DNA from: Candidatus Eiseniibacteriota bacterium | GTDB lineage: Bacteria; Eisenbacteria; RBG-16-71-46; CAZEPH01 | Reading direction: 5' to 3' | Assembly: GCA_044229145.1 (NCBI GenBank) | Contig: JBGATO010000090.1 | Location: 1-12,869 of the forward strand | Length of the DNA: 12,869 nt | In this document: positions 7,815-12,869 of the stretch, one piece after another | Layout of the letters: the number at the start of each line of letters is the position of its first letter | Numbering within the stretch: the first letter of the stretch is position 1 | Program-made: the position numbers and the translations under genes | Notes under the pieces: model-generated | What the model saw: only the letters and a program-made list of their open reading frames with translations | Databases searched by the model: none | What the model was told of the DNA's origin: nothing

Positions 7815-10800
7815 GTGCGCCTGACCCGTGGCTTCCTCCCCGCACTCGTGACCGTGGCCGCGTTCGCCACCACGGCCGCGGCCGCCCCCGTCGACCCGCG
7901 CGTCTCCAGCGCCCTGCGCTGGCGCAACATCGGACCGTTCCGCGGCGGGCGCACCGTGGCGGCGGTCGGCGTGCCGCAGACGCCGGGGTTGTTCTACATC
8001 GGCGTGAACGACGGCGGCGTGTGGCGTAGCGACGACTACGGTCGCGTGTGGACGCCGCTATTCGACTCGCAGCCCACCGGCTCGATCGGCGCGCTCGCGG
8101 TGGCGCCGAGCGATCCGCGCGTGATCTACGCGGGCAGCGGCGAAGGCTTGCAGCGCCCGGACCTCAGCGTCGGCGACGGCATCTACCGCAGCGACGACGC
8201 CGGCGCGACGTGGCAGCACCTCGGCCTGCGCGACGCGCAGCAGATCGCGCAGCTCGCCGTGGACCCGCGCGATCCGCACCGCCTGTTCGCCGCCGCACTC
8301 GGCCATCCGTACGGACCGAACGCCGAACGCGGCGTGTTCCGCTCGGGCGACGGCGGCGCGACGTGGGAGAAGGTACTCGGACCGGACGAGAACACCGGCG
8401 CGGCGGACGTCGTTCTGCATCCGCGCAATCCCGACATCGTGTTTGCCGATCTCTACGCGGCGCGCGCGACGCCATGGGAAGGCTTCGCGGCGCCGCTGTC
8501 GTCGCGCTGCGGACTGTACAAGTCCACCGACGGCGGCACGACCTGGCGGCACATCACGCGCGGCCTGCCGGACTCGACGCAAGGTCTCGGGCGCATCGGC
8601 GTGTGCGTGTGTCCGAGCGACTCGGCGCGGATGTACGCGATCGTCGGGACGCGCGGCGACGACGAAGGCGGCTTGTTCCGCAGCGACGACGCCGGCGAAT
8701 CGTGGCGTCGCGTCAACGCCGACCCGCGCTTGTACGAACGCGACGGCGACTTCAATGAAGTCAAAGTCGACCCGAAGAACGCGGACATCGTCTACGTCGC
8801 CAACGTCATGACGTGGAAGTCGACCGACGGCGGCGCGCACGTCGAACCGTTCCGCGGCGCACCCGGCGGCGACGACTATCACCGCTTTTGGATCGCCCCG
8901 TACGACTCGCGCGTCATCTTGCTGTCGAGCGATCAGGGCGCGGTGGTCACCGTCAACGGCGGCGCGACATGGAGTTCGTGGTACAACCAGCCCACCGCGC
9001 AGATGTTCCACGTCAACGTCGACGACCGCTTCCCGTATTGGGTGTACGGCGGCCAGCAGGAGAGCGGCTCGGCCGGCGTGTGCAGCCGCGGCGACGACGG
9101 CGCGATCGGCCCGCGCGACTGGCGGCCGGTCGGCGTCGACGAATACAGCTACGCGGTGCCGGACCCTCTGCATCCCGACTGGATCTACGGCAGCAAAGTC
9201 GATCGCTTCGATTGGCGCACCAAGCAGGTCGAAGACGTCGGGCCGGAAGCGCTGCGCAGCGGGCAATACCGCATCATCCGCACCATGCCGCTCGTCTTCT
9301 CGCGCGCCGATCCGCGGCGGCTCTACTTCGGCACGCAGGTGGTGTTCGAGACGCGCGACGACGCGAAGACGTGGCGTGCGATCAGTGGCGATCTCACGCG
9401 GCCGTCGCCCGAAGTGCCGCCCACGCTCGGCGTGTTCACCGCGCTCGATTTCGAGCGCGGGACGCATCGCGGTGTGGTGTACGCGCTGGCGCCGTCGCCG
9501 CGTCGCGCGAATCTGCTCTGGGCCGGCACCGACGACGGCAAACTCTGGGTGACGCACGACGACGGCGCGCACTGGCGCGACGTGACGCCGCCGACGCTCA
9601 CCGCGTGGAGCAAGGTGTCGATCCTCGAGGCATCGCCGTTCGACACGCTGACGGCGTACGCGGCGATCAACCGGATTCGCTGCGACGACATGCATCCGCA
9701 CATCCTGCGCACCCGCGACGGCGGCGCGACGTGGCAGGAGATCGTCACCGGCTTGCCCGACGACGCGCCGGTCAACGTGGTGCGCGCCGATCCGCGCACG
9801 CCGGGCTTGCTGTTCTGCGGCACGCAGCGCGCGGTCTACGTTTCGTGCGATGACGGCGATACGTGGCAGTCGCTGCGGCTCAACATGGCGGCCTCCTCGG
9901 TGCGCGACCTGGCGATCCACGAGAGCGATCTCGTCGCGGCAACGCACGGACGCGGCTTCTGGATCCTCGACGACTATGCGCCGCTCCGTGAGGCGGCGGC
10001 GGCGAGTGCCGCCACCCAACCGCATCTGGTCGCGCCGACCCGCGCCACCCGTGTGCGCCACAACACCAACACCGACACGCCGCGACCGCCGGACGAGCCG
10101 ATGGCGCCGAATCCTCCGGACGGCACGTGCCTCGACTACTGGCTGCCGCGCACCGCCGCGCACGTCGCGCTCGAGATCCGCGATTCCACCGGCGCGCTGG
10201 TGCGCCGTCTGGCAAGCGACGATTCGCTCGAGACCGTCACCTCGTTCGGGCACGTCCCGCCGCGCTGGTGGCGCGTGCCGCGGCCGGTCGAAACGACGGC
10301 GGGCGCCCATCGCGTGGTGTGGGATCTGCGATACCCGACGCCGCGGCACATCGGTCGCGGTTTCCCGCTCGCCGCGGTGGACGGCGACACGCCGCGCGAG
10401 CCGCGCGGTGTTTTCGTGGCGCCGGGCCGCTACACCGTGACACTGCTCGTCGACGGCGCGCGCGCAACGCGAACGTTGGAAGTCCGCATGGATCCGCGCG
10501 TCCCGATCACGACGCGCGCGCTCGCCGAGCAGTGTCGTCTCGCCCGTCGCGTGGCGGCGCTCGTCGATAGCGCCGGGGACGTCGCGGCGCGCATCGGGTC
10601 GACGCAGGCTGCCGCCGACTCGCTCCGTCTCGCACCCGGCGCGCCGATCGCGCTCCTCGACACGCTGCGCGCCGCCCTCTCGACGCTCCAGCAGGGCGCC
10701 GTGACCACGCGCCCCGGCCCGCGCGCCGACATCGTCGAAAACCTCTCGCGCCTGGCGCGCGAGTTCGATTCCGCCTACCGCTTGTGCGTCGAAACCGACT

Positions 10801-10955
10801 CCGCGCCGCGCGCCCAACTCCGCGACGACATCGCCGCGTGCGAGGCGGCGTGGCATCGCGTCCTGGTGCGCCGCGACGCTGTGCTCGCTGGCCCGTTCGC
10901 CGCGGCCGACGCCGCCTGCCACGCAGCCGGCCTGCCTGCGCTTCCGCGGCCGTAA
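7815..10955 (+). CDS. Secreted BNR/Asp-box repeat (VPS10/sortilin-like) beta-propeller protein, putative glycosyl hydrolase-like (1046 aa)
   Basis: SD GAGGA, GTG start and a signal peptide. LRWRNIGPFRGGR, about 11 S/T-x-D-x-G-x-T-W boxes, GGDDYH, YGGQQESG and ATHGRGFWILDD. Ig-like and helical C-terminal segments follow. Confidence 0.88.
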   Translation: MRLTRGFLPALVTVAAFATTAAAAPVDPRVSSALRWRNIGPFRGGRTVAAVGVPQTPGLFYIGVNDGGVWRSDDYGRVWTPLFDSQPTGSIGALAVAPSDPRVIYAGSGEGLQRPDLSVGDGIYRSDDAGATWQHLGLRDAQQIAQLAVDPRDPHRLFAAALGHPYGPNAERGVFRSGDGGATWEKVLGPDENTGAADVVLHPRNPDIVFADLYAARATPWEGFAAPLSSRCGLYKSTDGGTTWRHITRGLPDSTQGLGRIGVCVCPSDSARMYAIVGTRGDDEGGLFRSDDAGESWRRVNADPRLYERDGDFNEVKVDPKNADIVYVANVMTWKSTDGGAHVEPFRGAPGGDDYHRFWIAPYDSRVILLSSDQGAVVTVNGGATWSSWYNQPTAQMFHVNVDDRFPYWVYGGQQESGSAGVCSRGDDGAIGPRDWRPVGVDEYSYAVPDPLHPDWIYGSKVDRFDWRTKQVEDVGPEALRSGQYRIIRTMPLVFSRADPRRLYFGTQVVFETRDDAKTWRAISGDLTRPSPEVPPTLGVFTALDFERGTHRGVVYALAPSPRRANLLWAGTDDGKLWVTHDDGAHWRDVTPPTLTAWSKVSILEASPFDTLTAYAAINRIRCDDMHPHILRTRDGGATWQEIVTGLPDDAPVNVVRADPRTPGLLFCGTQRAVYVSCDDGDTWQSLRLNMAASSVRDLAIHESDLVAATHGRGFWILDDYAPLREAAAASAATQPHLVAPTRATRVRHNTNTDTPRPPDEPMAPNPPDGTCLDYWLPRTAAHVALEIRDSTGALVRRLASDDSLETVTSFGHVPPRWWRVPRPVETTAGAHRVVWDLRYPTPRHIGRGFPLAAVDGDTPREPRGVFVAPGRYTVTLLVDGARATRTLEVRMDPRVPITTRALAEQCRLARRVAALVDSAGDVAARIGSTQAAADSLRLAPGAPIALLDTLRAALSTLQQGAVTTRPGPRADIVENLSRLAREFDSAYRLCVETDSAPRAQLRDDIAACEAAWHRVLVRRDAVLAGPFAAADAACHAAGLPALPRP

Positions 10956-10959
10956 CAGC

Positions 10960-10992
10960 GTGGGGGCGAATCCGCTCCAGGTTCGCCCCCAC
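10960..10992. repeat. Perfect 11-bp inverted repeat, REP-like or terminator-like
   Basis: GTGGGGGCGAA (10960-10970), an 11-nt loop, then TTCGCCCCCAC (10982-10992), starting 4 nt after the TAA. Confidence 0.7.
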
Positions 10993-11062
10993 ATCGCCGA
11001 TGTGATTCCGGAAAGGTGCACCCGGCGGTCGCGTGCCGCCCGTCGTCTCCGGAGATCTTGCC

Positions 11063-11485
11063 GTGACCTCCCGCCCCCGCCGCGAAACCATCCTGCTCGT
11101 CGAGGACGAAGCCGCCGTGCGCGAACTGGCGCGCGAAATCCTCGCCAGCGAAGGCTATCGCGTCCTCACCGCCGGCGACGGCGCCCAAGCCTTGATCCTC
11201 TGCGCTGGCCTGCGCGAACCGCTGGACCTCCTGCTTACCGACATGGTGATGCCGGGCATGGGCGGCGGCGACCTCGGCCGACGGCTCACCGCGCTCGACC
11301 CGCACCTGCCGGTTCTCTACATGAGCGGCTACACCGACGACGCCATCCTGCGCCAGGGCGTCATGCGCGAACGCGAACACTTCCTGCAGAAGCCGTTCAC
11401 GCTCGACGCGTTGGTGCGCAAGGTGCGCGAAGTGCTCGACGCCGAAGCGCTCGACGACGATCTGCCCGAGCAGCTCGCCGCCTGA
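11063..11485 (+). CDS. Stand-alone response regulator receiver domain (140 aa)
   Basis: GTG start 7 nt after GGAGA. ILLVEDE, LLLTDMVMPG (phosphoacceptor Asp), YMSGY and FLQKPF are all present. There is no output domain. Confidence 0.9.
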   Translation: MTSRPRRETILLVEDEAAVRELAREILASEGYRVLTAGDGAQALILCAGLREPLDLLLTDMVMPGMGGGDLGRRLTALDPHLPVLYMSGYTDDAILRQGVMREREHFLQKPFTLDALVRKVREVLDAEALDDDLPEQLAA

Positions 11486-11490
11486 CGCCT

Positions 11491-12499
11491 TCACCCCGCG
11501 AGCGCGGCCGCCATCTTCGGCAGCGACACTCGTAGCGGTAGCTCACGCCCATGTGGCCGTCGTCGAACTCGAGGTGCTCGTGCGCGATGCCGAGTGCCGT
11601 CCATCGCCGCGAGAGCAAGCGCGCCGAGGTGCAGGTTGAATTCGTCACGCACGCCGCAGTCCAGGAACAGATAGCGCAGAGAGCGCAACGCCCCGGCATG
11701 CTGCTCATCGCCGGATCGAAACGCAGCCAGCGCTGCCACACGTCTTCGCGCCACTCGCCGCTCGCGACATCGAACGGCAGCGCGATACCCATCGGCTCGC
11801 CGGCGTCCGGCGAATAACACGCAGCCATCGCCAGGATGTTGAGCGCTTTGTGGTGCGCGCTCGTCACCTTGAGCGCGGACTCGAACGCCGTGAACCATGC
11901 CTCGACGCCGCCCGCGGTGTGCAACGCGTCGAGCGCGCCCGGCACGTCGGGGCGATAGCAATATTCGAAGTAGCAGTCGCCATGTAGACCGACGGCACCG
12001 AGGGCATCCTGCGCATCCCGAGCCACAGCGCGCCGTAGCCGCCGCTCGACTTGCCGATGACGCCGCGCCCGTCGCGCGACAGCGCCACGGTGCGAAACCG
12101 CGCGTCGATCGCCGGAATCAGCTCGTCGATCACGTGGTCGCCAGCAGCAGCGGCCGGTAGCGGGAGTTGACATACCACCGAGCATGAGACGCTGACGCTG
12201 AAGCAATCGGGAAACACCGGTGATACGCCTCGCCCGCATCGCGCCGCTGGCTGGACTCCACTTCCGATCGATGCGCTCCACGCTTTGCTGGGCCCAAGCA
12301 GGTCGACGTTCAAGTACATGAGCGCGCGGCCGGTGAAGCCGGTGAGGATGTAGAGCACCGGAAAGCGCCGCGCCGGATCGCTGTCGTACGACGGGGGCAG
12401 ATACACCGGGAACTCGCGCGTCGCCGGATCGCCGAGCGGATTGTCGCGCAACACCACGCTGTCGATCGTCTCGCATACGATGCGGCCGTGCAGAATCAT
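11491..12499 (-). pseudogene. Fes/enterochelin-esterase-like alpha/beta hydrolase, multiply frameshifted (sequencing error or pseudogene)
   Basis: SD GAGGA and ATG at 12499. Pieces lie in three frames: DNPLGDPATREFPVYLPPSY...FPVLYILTGFTG, PDCF, YVNS, nucleophile elbow GKSSGG (12055-12038), GDCYFEYCY, LDCGVRDEF, EFDDGH and SLPKMAAALAG*. The 1009-nt span is not a multiple of 3. Confidence 0.8.
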
Positions 12500-12520
12500 G
12501 TCGTCCTCACGAATCGGCGG

Positions 12521-12564
12521 AAAAAGGAAACGGGCGAGGCGCGACGGATGCCGCACCTCGCCCG
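12521..12564 (-). terminator. Intrinsic terminator downstream of the VOC gene
   Basis: Minus-strand RNA CGGGCGAGGUGCGGC-AUCC-GUCGCGCCUCGCCCG forms a 15-bp stem, followed by UUUCCUUUUU. Its two G-U pairs work only in this orientation. Confidence 0.8.
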
Positions 12565-12588
12565 CGACGCGCGCCGAGCAGATTACCC

Positions 12589-12869
12589 TCAGGCGAACTG
12601 CACGAACACGAATTCGTTGCCGTCCGGGTCGGCCCACGCGACGGTCTTGCCGAACGGCAGCTCGGTGATGCCCTCGGTGATGGTGACGCCGCGCGCCTGG
12701 AGTTCGGCCTCCGCGGCGGCGACGTCCGGCACGGCGATGAAGAATCCGGTGCAGGTGCCGGCGCGGCGTCCGTCCGGCGCGCAGTCGTCGCGGTGGATGC
12801 CGAGGGTGACGCCGTTCGCCAGCTTGAACTCCGCCCAGCCGGCCTCCGGGATGATGTCGCCGGTGGGCA
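12589..12869 (-). CDS. VOC family protein (5' end outside window)
   Basis: Manual translation: PTGDIIPEAGWAEFKLANGVTLGIH...GFFIAVPDVAAAEAELQARGVTITEGITELPFGKTVAWADPDGNEFVFVQFA*. The DPDGN motif is present. Confidence 0.88.
   Translation of the reverse strand, partial: PTGDIIPEAGWAEFKLANGVTLGIHRDDCAPDGRRAGTCTGFFIAVPDVAAAEAELQARGVTITEGITELPFGKTVAWADPDGNEFVFVQFA

Noticed and set aside
8020..9870. Recurring GACGACGGCGGCGCGACGTGG-like DNA repeats as a possible CRISPR or DGR signal
   Set aside because: They are in-frame Asp-box codons with irregular spacing. No cas or reverse transcriptase gene is present.
8058..11021. 987-aa minus-strand ORF
   Set aside because: Antisense shadow of the Asp-box gene. 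Long stop-free reverse frames are expected at this GC content and codon bias.
11491..12499. Programmed frameshifting or an alternative genetic code explaining the esterase
   Set aside because: There are too many shifts and no slippery heptamers at the junctions. TGA, TAG and TAA all end genes normally in this window.

Overview
High-GC bacterial window using the standard genetic code, with 11 supportable protein-coding loci. In order: radA/sms (- strand, runs off the left edge and is missing from the ORF track); a DUF3224-like gene coupled to a Tat-exported intradiol dioxygenase-family gene; a secreted TPR-like + beta-propeller protein (-); a 775-aa secreted clan-CD (C13 legumain/caspase-like) peptidase with a T9SS-CTD/FlgD-Ig-like C-terminus; a VOC-GNAT pair (-); a 1046-aa Asp-box/VPS10-like protein; a stand-alone receiver domain; a heavily frameshifted Fes-like esterase (-); and the 3' part of a second VOC gene (-). 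No rRNA, tRNA, CRISPR array or transposase was seen. I found no unmistakable new multi-gene system. The best lead is the multidomain peptidase, with its unassigned central region and its structured upstream region. Other points of interest are a REP-like palindrome, a terminator directly in front of the esterase, a probable leaderless promoter and a localized indel-rich patch. The C-terminal domain style hints at an FCB-related or Eisenbacteria/Latescibacterota-like host, which is inference only. All family calls come from recognising motifs by eye, not from database searches.
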